Origin: an uncultured virus (IMG/VR IMGVR_UViG_3300047157_000144) | Taxonomy: Duplodnaviria; Heunggongvirae; Uroviricota; Caudoviricetes | Strand: one strand, 5' to 3' | DNA: 64,000 bases | IMG/VR virus record: IMGVR_UViG_3300047157_000144 | Notes under the pieces: generated by a model | The model's database searches: none | Told to the model about the DNA's origin: nothing | What the model saw: only the letters and a program-made list of their open reading frames with translations | Part shown: positions 11,485 to 23,026 of the stretch, piece by piece | How positions within the stretch are numbered: the first letter of the stretch is position 1 | Layout: each line of letters starts with the position of its first letter | Program-made: the position numbers and the translations under genes

Positions 11485-12518
11485 GTTTAAATAAAAGAGT
11501 ATTTACAGGAGGTCCCGCTCCAATTGAGGACGCCTTTACTACAAAATTATACACTGGCGACGGACAACCCAATAATCAGGTTACTGGTTTTGGTTTTGCT
11601 CCAGATCTAATATGGTTGAAAGATAGAGATACAGGCTATCCTCATTATCTTTATGACACAACTAGAGGTACTTATAAAGGTTTAAGACCAAGTGAAACAG
11701 ACGTGCAAAGTACAAATTTAGGTGTATCACACTTTATTTCTGATGGTTTTAAATTAGATAGTAACGCAGGTGCAAATCAAAGTGGTAGTCCAAATATTGC
11801 CTGGGCATGGAAATGTAATGGTGGAAACACTAGCACTAATACCGACGGAAATAGAAATTCTATAGTGCAAGTAAATAACGACACAGGATTAAGTATTATA
11901 AATTATACTGGGGCTAATGGAGGCATTGGTACAAGCGGTACAGTGGGGCATGGATTAACAGGAATTCCTAGACTAATTATTGGTAAGTCTACTAACTGGG
12001 CAAACAACTGGATAGTGTATTTACATGATGGTACAGATTATTATCATGGTTATTTAGACGGTACTGGCGCTTTAACAAAAAATAGCAGCAACACACAAGT
12101 GGGTACTTCCTCAACTTTACCAACTAACTCAGTAATAAATGTTAGCCATATTGGAACAGATAATGGCACTTATGATTATATGCTTTGGTGTTGGGAGCCT
12201 AAGGCTGGATATAGTTCTTTTGGAAGTTATACATCAGGGGCAAGCACAAAAATCACAATAGGGTTTGAACCTGAATTTATGATATTTAGGTATGTTGGAG
12301 GTGGTGACTGGTATATGCAAGACTTAACCAGATGGGCAGGAGCAACAGGAGCAAATGGCGGAAAATTAATTAAAAAATATTTAGAGGCTAATGAAGTTGA
12401 TGCGGAAAAAACTGTTTCAACAGGGGGTGTAGAAGTAATGTCAGATGGATTTTATCCTACTAATTGGTTTGACACAACAAACGGAACAGTATATATGGCT
12501 TGGCGTAACGCGCCTTAA
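11481..12518 (+). CDS. tail fibre/adhesin with a single YTG.G..GF.PDL.W.K module
   Basis: Same module as in the 7665 and 12542 genes. Confidence 0.65.
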   Translation: MSLNKRVFTGGPAPIEDAFTTKLYTGDGQPNNQVTGFGFAPDLIWLKDRDTGYPHYLYDTTRGTYKGLRPSETDVQSTNLGVSHFISDGFKLDSNAGANQSGSPNIAWAWKCNGGNTSTNTDGNRNSIVQVNNDTGLSIINYTGANGGIGTSGTVGHGLTGIPRLIIGKSTNWANNWIVYLHDGTDYYHGYLDGTGALTKNSSNTQVGTSSTLPTNSVINVSHIGTDNGTYDYMLWCWEPKAGYSSFGSYTSGASTKITIGFEPEFMIFRYVGGGDWYMQDLTRWAGATGANGGKLIKKYLEANEVDAEKTVSTGGVEVMSDGFYPTNWFDTTNGTVYMAWRNAP

Positions 12519-12541
12519 TAAAAAAAATAAATAATAAATAA

Positions 12542-15500
12542 ATGGCGCAAACTAGATTAAAATCAGGTAACCTTCATATGATAGGAGGAGATAACGGAAG
12601 TGATGGTAATGTACTTAAATCAAAAGGTGATGGTACAATGGAGTGGGGAACAGCAACAACCCCCCCTACATTTTCATCTGTGGATTACCCTGGAAATGAC
12701 ACCGCATTAGATCCCGCGGGAGGTCAAAGCTTAGTTATAAACGGTGGTGGTTTTGTCGCGGGAATTTCATGCAGCATTGGAGGAACTACTGTTACTTCTA
12801 TAACCGTAAATAGTGCAACTCAAATAACTGTTGTAACCCCTGCTAAATCTGCTGGAACATATTCTATGGTATTAACTAATACTGACGGGGGTAATGCTAC
12901 TGCGTCAGGTGCTATTTCTTATAATGGTATACCTGCTTTTACTCATAATGCAGGAAGCTTAGGAACATTTAAACAAGGAGATTCAGTAAGTGTATCTGTA
13001 GTCGCAACAGAACCTGACGGCGGAGCAATAACCCACACAGTAACAACAGGGGCATTGCCATCTGGTTTAAGCTTAAATGCAACAACAGGAGCTATAACTG
13101 GTACCGCATCAGATGTAACCGCTACAACAACAACTAGTTTTTCAATTACAGCAACAGATAATGAAAACCAATCTACAGTAAGAGCTTACTCTATAACAGT
13201 TAATCCAGTTTTACCCTCTGATGATTTTGAAGTACTTAGTTACACTGGTAATGGGGGTACTCAAAATATAACCGGTCTTTCGTTTAAACCAGATTTTGTT
13301 TGGTTAAAACCAACAAATGTTGATGGTGAACACCACTTAATACACCCGAATGTCGGTACGGGAGAGTATTTTAGACCTTCTTATCCTTCACAAGGAAGAC
13401 TAAATCGTAGCGATATAATTACAGCATTAAATAATAATGGTTTTAGTTTAGGATCAGAAAGTGCAACAAATACAAACAACAACTCATATGTAGCATATTG
13501 TTGGAAAATAAACGGGGGAACATCAGTTAGCAATACAGATGGGACTAATACCGTTACCACAGAGGTAAACGCTGCTAAAGGAATTTCAGCGATTACTTAT
13601 AGTGGTAATGGAAGTACCCAAACTGTGGGACATGGGCTTGGAAAAGTTCCAGAAATGTTTTTTATGATGGATAGATACAATGGTGGCGGATGGCGTGTAT
13701 GGCATAAAGATTTAGATGGCCCTAATAAATATTTAGAAACTGGTAGCGGCGGCCAATCAACTTCTAGCACTATCTGGAATAACACCTTACCTACTTCAAC
13801 GGTATTTAGTTTAGGAAACACTGTACCACCTAATGGTAGTGGAAGAGCACATGTTTGTTGGGCTTTTACAAGTATTGATAAGCATTCTAGGTTTAGTTTT
13901 TATACAGGTAACGGTGCTAATTTTGGGCCTATTATAGATTTAGGATTCGAACCTGCACTTTTAATGATTAGAAGAATTGATAGCGGAGACAACTGGATGA
14001 TGTTTGACAACCAAAGACAAACTTCTAATCCAAGGAATCAATACTTACAATTTGGTGGTAGCCAAGCACAATCACAAGGTAATATAGGTACGGGTGTTGA
14101 TTTTTTATCTAATGGGTTTATGCCTACGTCAACAGATGGAAGTTTAAATGCAAACAACGGGAAATATATATATGCAGCATGGGCTCAAGACCCAGATGTA
14201 GTAGCACCAACACTAGCAGATAGTTTTAGTACTAAATTATACACAGGGAATGGGGGAACTCAATCTGTTACTGGTACTGGTTTTAAACCTGATTTAGTAT
14301 GGATAAAGCAAAGAAGTGGTACACAAGACCAAATGTGGTATGATAATAACAGAGGTGCAGGTCATTATTTATCGTCTAATAATGCTAATGCTCAAGGATA
14401 TGCTAATACAACATTAACATCATTTGATGCAGATGGTTTTAGTGTTGGTTCAAGTAATAGTGAAAATCAATCTGGACAAACATTTGTAGCTTGGTCTTGG
14501 AAAGGAAATGATAACGAACCGACGATGACAGAGGCTACAGAAGATGCGCCCGCAGTAGCAGTATATAAGTTTGAGGATAATGCAAATGATGTTAGTACAA
14601 ATTCAAATGGGACTGCTTCTAATATGTCTTATGCAACAGGCAAATTTAATAAAGCAGGAGTATTTAATGGTAGTAGTAGCTATATTGATACAAATTATAC
14701 AATGCCTGCTGGTTCTAAATATTCTTTTAGTCTTTGGTTTAACACAACTTATACAGGCACATACAGTACTTTGTATTCAGACCACCCATCTAATGGAGCA
14801 GGAGTTGGAGCGAGAGTTATGGCTGCAATATATCAAGGAAATAAATTTCAAATAAATATAGCTAATGGTAGCAGCCAATGGTCAGATAACACAGCTGTTG
14901 ACGCAACTCCTTATTTGGATGGCAATTGGCATCATCACGTTGTGACTGTAGATGGTAATACTGTAAAATTATATATAGACGGCTTTTTACTTAACACTTA
15001 CACGTCATCAGTTACAGCGGGGACTGCAGGGGCGCAATCTATTTCTATAGGTAGATTAGGAGATTATAATGGAGAATATTTTCCAGGTAAATTAGATCAG
15101 TTTAGAATTTATAATAAAACTTTAGATCAAACAAGTGTTACAAAATTATACAATGAAACAGCTTCACAAAATAGTACATTAAACATAGGGACTAAAGGAA
15201 TAATCTCATCACAAGCAATAGTTAATGCAAATAATAATGCAGGGTTTAGTATTGTTAAGTATAAAGGTAATGGAAATGCAGATAAAATTCCTCACGGACT
15301 TTCAGCAGCTCCTGAAATGATAATTACAAAAAGATTAACTGGAACAAGCCCTTGGTACACATATAATGCTTATCTAAACGGAGGAACAAATCCTGCTCAT
15401 TATTTTGTTAATTTAAATACAGATGCTGCTGAAGCAAGTAATGGTTCATCAGGAGGTAGTTTATTTAATTCAACACCTCCAACATCAACAATATTTAATA

Positions 15501-15871
15501 TTGGAACAAGTTTATCAGGAAGTGGAGATGATTATATAGCTTATTGTTTCCATTCAGTATCAGGATATAGTAAGTTTGGAAGTTATACAGGAACAGGAAG
15601 TTCAGGTAATGCGCAATCTATTGGATTTCAACCTGACTTTGTTATGGTTAAATCTACAGCACAATATAATTGGAATATTTACGACAGTAAAAGACCATCA
15701 GGTTCTATAACAGGTAGATATATGTTAATTGCAAATGCAAATGATACAGAATATACAACAAGCGTAGTTCATATTGATTTAACATCAAATGGATTTAGTT
15801 TTCCTAACGGTTATGATGGAAGTAACAAATCAAGTCAAAAGTATATATACATGGCATTCAAAATAAACTAA
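12542..15871 (+). CDS. large tail fibre/adhesin B with inserted LamG/concanavalin-like domain
   Basis: IPT and Ig domains plus repeated modules; LamG signature FSLWFN...WHHHVVTVDG..KLYIDG...GKLDQFRIYNK. Confidence 0.7.
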   Translation: MAQTRLKSGNLHMIGGDNGSDGNVLKSKGDGTMEWGTATTPPTFSSVDYPGNDTALDPAGGQSLVINGGGFVAGISCSIGGTTVTSITVNSATQITVVTPAKSAGTYSMVLTNTDGGNATASGAISYNGIPAFTHNAGSLGTFKQGDSVSVSVVATEPDGGAITHTVTTGALPSGLSLNATTGAITGTASDVTATTTTSFSITATDNENQSTVRAYSITVNPVLPSDDFEVLSYTGNGGTQNITGLSFKPDFVWLKPTNVDGEHHLIHPNVGTGEYFRPSYPSQGRLNRSDIITALNNNGFSLGSESATNTNNNSYVAYCWKINGGTSVSNTDGTNTVTTEVNAAKGISAITYSGNGSTQTVGHGLGKVPEMFFMMDRYNGGGWRVWHKDLDGPNKYLETGSGGQSTSSTIWNNTLPTSTVFSLGNTVPPNGSGRAHVCWAFTSIDKHSRFSFYTGNGANFGPIIDLGFEPALLMIRRIDSGDNWMMFDNQRQTSNPRNQYLQFGGSQAQSQGNIGTGVDFLSNGFMPTSTDGSLNANNGKYIYAAWAQDPDVVAPTLADSFSTKLYTGNGGTQSVTGTGFKPDLVWIKQRSGTQDQMWYDNNRGAGHYLSSNNANAQGYANTTLTSFDADGFSVGSSNSENQSGQTFVAWSWKGNDNEPTMTEATEDAPAVAVYKFEDNANDVSTNSNGTASNMSYATGKFNKAGVFNGSSSYIDTNYTMPAGSKYSFSLWFNTTYTGTYSTLYSDHPSNGAGVGARVMAAIYQGNKFQINIANGSSQWSDNTAVDATPYLDGNWHHHVVTVDGNTVKLYIDGFLLNTYTSSVTAGTAGAQSISIGRLGDYNGEYFPGKLDQFRIYNKTLDQTSVTKLYNETASQNSTLNIGTKGIISSQAIVNANNNAGFSIVKYKGNGNADKIPHGLSAAPEMIITKRLTGTSPWYTYNAYLNGGTNPAHYFVNLNTDAAEASNGSSGGSLFNSTPPTSTIFNIGTSLSGSGDDYIAYCFHSVSGYSKFGSYTGTGSSGNAQSIGFQPDFVMVKSTAQYNWNIYDSKRPSGSITGRYMLIANANDTEYTTSVVHIDLTSNGFSFPNGYDGSNKSSQKYIYMAFKIN

Positions 15872-15919
15872 AAGCGTGTAATATACATAATAATATAATT
15901 TAATCAAATTCAATAGTTT

Positions 15920-16165
15920 ATGAAATTAACAGAAAAAGAGCACAAAGATTTAAAATCTTTAATAGAAAGAGTTGCTACAACTCAAAATGAAATAGGGTTA
16001 AACACAATCAATGGACACAAGCTAGCCCATAATTTCTCACAATTAGAAATGCAATTAAATACAATGAAATCTGATCTTGAAAACACTTATGGTAAAATTA
16101 ACATAAATGTTGAAACAGGTGAGATAGATAAAATTGAATCAAATGAAACTAATAAGGAAGATTAG
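15920..16165 (+). CDS. small coiled-coil hypothetical protein
   Basis: 81-aa ORF after the intergenic gap. Confidence 0.55.
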   Translation: MKLTEKEHKDLKSLIERVATTQNEIGLNTINGHKLAHNFSQLEMQLNTMKSDLENTYGKININVETGEIDKIESNETNKED

Positions 16166-16364
16166 TGTAGGAAGAGACTATAAAGATAATGCAATGCACT
16201 ATCAAATAGGACAAGCGGTTTATGGAAACCACATTATAACAAATATACTTGAGAAAGATCACGATTACCAAATATATATAGAAAAGAATAAAGAAGTGTT
16301 ACTTTGGAAATCTTTTAATAAAAACATGGGAATAAGTATTGAGTATAATTTAGATTATGAATAA
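16143..16364 (+). CDS. hypothetical protein
   Basis: MKLIRKISVGRDYK...; overlaps neighbours in operon fashion. Confidence 0.55.
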   Translation: MKLIRKISVGRDYKDNAMHYQIGQAVYGNHIITNILEKDHDYQIYIEKNKEVLLWKSFNKNMGISIEYNLDYE

Positions 16365-16941
16365 TCCATACGCTTTAATAATACAACCAAAAGAAAACCG
16401 CTACAAAAACACTAAAAAAGTATCTGATAAAAACTTAATCCTAAACACGTCGATTAGTGACCATAGGTATGTAAGTAAAGAAGCAATAGTAAAAGCACTC
16501 CCAGGTGCGTTTAAAACGCCTCTACAAGAGTCTGATGAAGTAATGGTGCATCATAATATATTTAGAAGGTACTACGATGTTAGAGGAATTGAAAAAAATA
16601 GTGGTAATTATTTCAAAGAAGATATGTACTTTTGTTATTTAGATCAAGTGTACATGTATAAAAGAAATGAAAACTGGGTAGCAATGCCAGGTTACTGTTT
16701 TGTAAATCCCATACAATCAGAAGATAAATGGGAAAACAAAGAAGAACCTTTAAAAGGTATTGTGGTTTATACAGACGGCTCTGATTTTGTAAACGAAGGT
16801 GAGCTTGTTGGATTTACACCGTACTCTGAATTTGAATTTATAGTCGGTGATAAAAGATTGTATAGAATAAAATTAAATGATATTTCAATAAAGTATGAAC
16901 ACAAAGGAACAGAAAAACTCTATAATACGAGCTGGTTATAA
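16357..16941 (+). CDS. GroES-like beta protein, possibly two tandem GroES-like domains
   Basis: Two segments with GroES-like patterns (IIQP...AIV..LP..DEVMV and CFVNP...KGIVVY..EGELVGF..YEF..G.RLYRIK..DI). Confidence 0.4.
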   Translation: MNNPYALIIQPKENRYKNTKKVSDKNLILNTSISDHRYVSKEAIVKALPGAFKTPLQESDEVMVHHNIFRRYYDVRGIEKNSGNYFKEDMYFCYLDQVYMYKRNENWVAMPGYCFVNPIQSEDKWENKEEPLKGIVVYTDGSDFVNEGELVGFTPYSEFEFIVGDKRLYRIKLNDISIKYEHKGTEKLYNTSWL

Positions 16942-17170
16942 AGCTGTAAAGGAGTTAATCAAAGTCGCTGAAGAAGAAATCATAGTAGAAGATGCAGCAG
17001 ATGAATTAGCAGCAGATAGACTAAAGAATGCAGCAGCAACTAAAAAGTTAGCTATCTTTGATGCTTTTGAAATACTAAATAGGATTGAATCTGAAAAAGC
17101 AATGCTGGAAAACAAACCACAAGATAAACAAAAAGCTTTTAGTGGATTTGCAGAAAAAAGGTCTAAATAA
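16895..17170 (+). CDS. putative terminase small subunit
   Basis: 91-aa helical protein immediately upstream of and coupled to terL. Confidence 0.5.
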   Translation: MNTKEQKNSIIRAGYKAVKELIKVAEEEIIVEDAADELAADRLKNAAATKKLAIFDAFEILNRIESEKAMLENKPQDKQKAFSGFAEKRSK

Positions 17171-19389
17171 TGTCATATCAGCAAACATTATACAAAATCA
17201 TTGAACCTATTAAGCGTACAACGATACATAGACTGAATAAAAAGAAATACTGGGAATACGGATATAACAAAGAACATGATGTAATTGTTATAAGTAAAAC
17301 AGGTAAGATTGGTGATGTATACGAAATACAAAACCTAAAGATTGCTTTACCATTAGCTGAAGATGTGTATAGCAAGGATAACAAATGGGTTGCAACAGAA
17401 TACCCTAAAGAGTTAAAAAACATAAGAACTATATTCGACTGGCAAACATACCCAGAAGAATTTAAAAAAGATTGGTATGGGTACATTGATAAAGAGTTTA
17501 CTAGAAGAGAAGATGGGTATTGGTTCCGCAATAAAGGGATTGATACTTATATCACTGGCTCTCATTACAATTACCTGCAGTGGTCCAAGATTGATGTTGG
17601 GAAGCCAGACTTTCGAGAAGCAAACAGATTATTCTTCATATTCTGGGAGGCATGCAAGGCAGATCAAAGATGTTATGGAATATGCTACCTTAAGAACAGA
17701 CGGTCTGGATTTAGCTTCATGTCAAGCAGCGAGACAGTTAATCAAGCTACACTCACTTCAGATGCTAGATTCGGAATCTTATCGAAGACTGGTAGCGATG
17801 CAAAGAAGATGTTTACCGACAAGGTCGTCCCAATTTCATCGCACTATCCATTCTTCTTCAAACCAATACAAGATGGAATGGACCGCCCCAAGACAGAGCT
17901 TGCCTACCGTGTCCCAGCATCCAAACTCACAAGGAAGTCCATCACCAGTACAACCGGCTCCGCAGGGAGGAAAGACCTCGACGGGCTCGATACAACGATA
18001 GACTGGAAAAACACAGGTGATAACTCTTATGATGGTGAAAAGTTAAGATTACTTGTTCACGATGAATCTGGTAAATGGGAAAGACCAGATAATATATTAA
18101 ACAACTGGCGAGTAACTAAAACAACGCTGAGATTAGGAAGTAGAATAATTGGTAAGTGTATGATGGGATCTACTTCAAATGCCTTAGATAAAGGTGGTGA
18201 TAACTTTAAAAAATTATACAATGACTCAGATGTTACAAAAAGAAACCGCAACGGACAGACTAGCAGCGGACTATATAGTTTGTTCATACCTATGGAGTGG
18301 AACTACGAGGGATTCATTGATTCTTTTGGATTACCTGTATTCGATACACCCGGAGCTGCTGTCGAAGGACCCCAAGGTGATAAAATCGATGTTGGAGTAA
18401 TTGAACACTGGGAGAATGAAGCAGATGGGTTAAGAAATGATCAAGACGGATTAAATGAATTTTATAGACAGTTTCCAAGAACAGAAGAACACGCGTTTAG
18501 AGATGAAACAAAAAATAGTATATTTAATTTACAAAAAATATACGAGCAAATAGATTACAATGATGGAACAGTAACATCTGGTGCTGTATCTAAAGGTAAC
18601 TTCCAATGGGAAAATGGTATTAAAGATTCAAGAGTAATATTTACACCAGATCCAAAAGGAAGATTTAATATATCTTGGGTTCCTAGTTATAATCTTCAAA
18701 ACCGCGTAATAGTAAAAAATGGGCGCAAATATCCAGGTAACGAGCATATAGGTGCATTTGGTTGTGACTCTTATGATATATCAGGAACAACAGATGGAAG
18801 AGGATCTAAAGGAGCATTACACGGGTTAACAGTATTTAGCATGGAAGAAGCACCTGTCTAATTCATTCTTTTTAGAGTATATAGCTCGACCACAAACCGC
18901 TGAAATGTTTTTTGAAGATGTGCTTATGGCATTAGTATTTTATGGAATGCCAATACTTGCAGAGAACAACAAACCAAGATTATTGTATTATTTAAAAAGA
19001 AGAGGTTATAGAGGTTACTCTATGAATCGTCCAGATAAAACAATAAATAAATCTATAACAGCTGAAAAAGAAATAGGAGGTATACCTAACTCATCTGAAG
19101 ATATGAAACAAATTCACGCTGCAGCAATTGAATCATATATAGATAAATATGTAGGATTACAAAAATGGAGATTATGGTAATATATATTTCAATGCAACAT
19201 TAAACGATTGGTCTAAATTTAATATAAATAATAGAACAAAACATGATGCCGCAATAAGTTCTGGTCTTGCTATAATGGCTTGTAACAGACATTTGTACCA
19301 ACCAAAACAATTAAAGACAAACAAAAGTTTTAGATTTTGGATTTAAAAAATATAATAACAAAGGAAGTATTTCAAAAATAATAAAATAG
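17170..19389 (+). CDS. terL: terminase large subunit (indels near 18860, 19165 and 19315)
   Basis: Walker A variant LKNRRSGFS, Walker B LLVHDESGKW, MGST coupling motif, nuclease GCDSYD, AENNK, HDAAISSGLA. Confidence 0.9.
17477..18001 (+). CDS. candidate overprinted gene in the +1 frame of terL (lipoprotein-like N-terminus, P/Q/S-rich tail)
   Basis: 174 stop-free codons coinciding with a visible shift to C/G-ending terL codons. Confidence 0.45.
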   Translation: MGTLIKSLLEEKMGIGSAIKGLILISLALITITCSGPRLMLGSQTFEKQTDYSSYSGRHARQIKDVMEYATLRTDGLDLASCQAARQLIKLHSLQMLDSESYRRLVAMQRRCLPTRSSQFHRTIHSSSNQYKMEWTAPRQSLPTVSQHPNSQGSPSPVQPAPQGGKTSTGSIQR

Positions 19390-21806
19390 ATGAATATATT
19401 ACCAAAGGTGTATTCCCAAGCCAAGCAGTTTCAAATGCTGAGAAAGCAAGTGAAAAATATGGTTTAGAGATTGCAAGGGCATTGAATCAGAATGGTTTAA
19501 AAGAGATTCTGGTACAGCTAGGTACTACGCTAATAGAGACAATTTTCACCGTTTAAGATTATATGCTAGAGGTGAACAGTCAATACAAAATATAAAGATG
19601 AATTATCTATTAATGGTGATTTATCATATTTAAATTTAGATTGGAAACCAGTTCCTATTATACCTAAGTTTGTAGATATAGTAGTAAATGGTATTGCAGA
19701 AAGAACATATGATATAAAAGCATATTCACAAGATCCAGCATCAGTACAAAAAAGAACAGATTATGTAGAATCTTTATTAAAAGATATGAGTACAAAAATT
19801 TTTCAGATTCAGTTTATAATGAATTTGGTATAAATATATATGAAAATGACCCAGACACATTGCCTGAAACGAAGAGGAGTTACAATTGCATATGCAACTT
19901 GATTATAAAGATTCTATTGAAATAGCAGAAGAAGAAGCTATTAATAATGTATTTGATCATAATAAATATGAATTAATAAAGAAAAGATTAGATTATGATA
20001 TAGCTGTTATTGGTATGGGCGCTGTTAAAAACGAATATACAACATCAGAGGGTATAAATATAAAGTATGTAGACCCAGCTGATTTAGTTTATTCATACAC
20101 AGAGTCACCACATTTTGATGATATATATTATGTAGGTGAAATAAGAAAAGTGTCTGTAGTTGATTTAAAAAAGCAATATCCTGAGTTAACAGATGAAGAT
20201 ATAAGAAGAGATATAGAGGGGCAAGGAACAAATGCTAAACTATATAATAAATCTTATGCAGGTAATGACAGTGAGGATAATTCTCATGTTATGTATTGTA
20301 TTTTGAATATAAAACATATAAAGATCAAGTACATAAAATAAAAGAAACCTCTTCAGGTGCTTCGAAAAAGCTATTAAAAAAGATGATACTTTTAATCCGC
20401 CTAAAGATGAAAGATCTAGATTTACCAAAAAGTAATAGAACAATAGAAGTAATTTATGAGGGCGCTAAAATAGTTGGTACTAATAAATTATTAAAATGGC
20501 AATTAGCTGAAAACATGACAAGACCAAAGTCAGATACAGTTAAAGCCCAGTTTAGTTATAATATTGTAGCACCAAGAATGTATAAAGGTAGAGTTGAATC
20601 TCTTGTAAGCAGAATGACTACGTTTGCAGATATGATTCAATTAACACATTTAAAGTTACAACAGGTATTATCAAGAATGGTTCCTGATGGTGTTTACTTA
20701 GATGCAGACGGTATTGCTGAAATAGATTTAGGTAATGGAACTAATTATAATGCGCAAGAAGCATTAAATATGTATTTCCAAACAGGTTCTGTTATTGGTA
20801 GATCAATGACACAAGACGGTGAATTTAACAATGGTAAAGTTCCTGTTCAAGAATTACAATCATCTGGGTCTAATGCTAAAATATCAAGTTTAATTAATTC
20901 ATATAATTATTATTTACAAATGATAAGAGATGTGACCGGATTAAACGAAGCAAGAGATGGTTCAACACCAGATAAAAATGCTTTAGTAGGGTTGCAAAAA
21001 ATCGCAGCTGCAAATTCAAATACAGCAACAAGGCATATATTACAAAGTGGATTATATCTTACGTTAAAAACAGCTGAAGCTATATCGCTAAGAATATCAG
21101 ATGTATTAGAGTTTAGCCAACTACGAAAATCTTTTATACAAGCTATTGGTAAATTTAATGTAGGAACTTTAGAAGAAATTAAAAAATTACAACTTCATGA
21201 TTTTGGAATATTTTTAGAATTAGCACCAGATGAAGAAGAAAAACAATTACTTGAAAATAATATACAAATGTCTCTTCAAAAAGAACAAATTAATTTAGAA
21301 GATGCTATTGATATTAGAGAAATAAGAAATTTAAAACTTAGCTAATCAATTATTAAAAGTTAAGAAGAAAACAAAAATTTGAACAAGATAGAGCTATACA
21401 GCAAGAAAATATTCAAATGCAAACTCAATCTAATGCTCAAGCAGCTCAAGCAGCAGCACAAGCAGATATTCAAAAGCAACAAGCAATAACTCAAAGTAAA
21501 GCTCAATTAGCACAAATGCAATCACAATTAGATACACAAAAATTAGAAAAAGAAGCAGAAATTAAAATGATGCTAATGGAAAAAGAATTCCAAATGAACA
21601 TGCAACTTAAAGACGCTGATTTAAATGTAATTAAAGATAAAGAGAAGTATAAAGAAGATAGGAAAGATGAAAGAACAAAAATACAAGCTTCTCAACAATC
21701 TGAATTAATAGATCAAAGAAAAAATAATAAACCACCAAAAAAGTTTGAATCAGCAGGATTTGATAACTTGGGGGGATTTGGCTTAGAGCAGTTTGAGCCT
21801 AAATAA
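19390..21806 (+). CDS. portal protein (several indels)
   Basis: Follows terL; fragments LSYLNLDWKPVPIIPKFVDIVVNG, MIRDVTGLNEARDG, Q-rich C-terminal coiled coil. Confidence 0.8.
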
Positions 21807-21838
21807 AAACTGCAAACACATTTTTATAATATTTTATC

Positions 21839-23005
21839 ATGGAAGAAAACAAAGACGTCGTAGTTGACGAAACACCAACTGCCGCAGAAAAGGAAGAACA
21901 AGTACTTGAAGCAGCAGGGCAAGACACGGGTAAAACCGAAGACGGTATGTATAAAGTTGATTTAAGCAAACCGGTAGAACAAGAAACAGAGCCTGTTCAA
22001 GAACAAAGCACAGATGAAGAAGAGGTTACTGAAGAGGTTCCAGAAGAAAATCAATTAACCTTAGAAGAAGTAATTGAAGAAGAAACAAAAGAAGATTGAC
22101 CTAAAGAAGAGGTTAAAGAAGAAGTACAGGAATTTACAAGACAAAGTAGAAGAAGCTGTACAAACCTCACAAGACACAGGAATAGAATTACCAGAAAACA
22201 TTCAAAAAGTTGTAGACTTTATGAATGAAACTGGTGGAACGTTAGAAGATTATGTAAAAATTAATCAAGATTATTCTAACATAGATGACTCAACTTTATT
22301 ATATCAATATTATAATCAAACTAAATCACATCTTACAAAAGATGAAATTGATTTTTTAATTGATGATAATTTTTCATTTGATGATGAAATTGATGAGCAA
22401 AGAGATATTAAGCGAAAAAAACTCGCTTATAAAGAAGAGATTGCAAAAGCCAAAAGCTATTTAGAAGGATTAAAGGACCAAATATTACAAAGAAGTCAAG
22501 TTGGGTTCTAAGTTAACCGGAGATCAGCAAAAAGCTATTGAGTTTTTCAATACCTACAACTCTGAACAATCAGAACAAGCAAAGCTACAAGAAAAGCAAG
22601 TGAATCATTTTAATAATGAATCTAAAAAAGTTTTTAATGACGAATTCAAAGGTTTTGAATTTGAAGTGGGAGACAAAAAGTATAGATACAATGTTAATGA
22701 TAAACAAAAAGTTTTAGATAAGCAAGCAAATATATTAAACGTACTAGATAAGTATATCAGTAAAGATAATATGTTACAAGACGCTAAAGGTTATCATAAA
22801 GCACTTTTCGTTGCAGACAATGCAGATGCAGTTGCAAATCATTTTTACGAACAAGGTAAAGCTGATGCTATAAAACAGTTAAATGCAGATTCAAAAAATA
22901 TAAATATGGATCCGCGTAAAGCTGGCACAGTTGAAACTGGAGGCATAAAAGTAAGAGCAATTTCTGGGGATGATAGTTCAAAGTTAAAATTAAACTTAAA
23001 AAATA
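21839..23005 (+). CDS. scaffold-like acidic protein (indels; end approximate)
   Basis: Very E-rich N-terminus; three ORF fragments between portal and capsid. Confidence 0.6.
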
Positions 23006-23026
23006 ACTTTAAAAAAATAAATAAAA

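Noticed and set aside
7665..15871. Diversity-generating retroelement acting on fibre genes
   Set aside because: There is no reverse transcriptase. Differences between repeats look mostly synonymous and are not adenine-specific.
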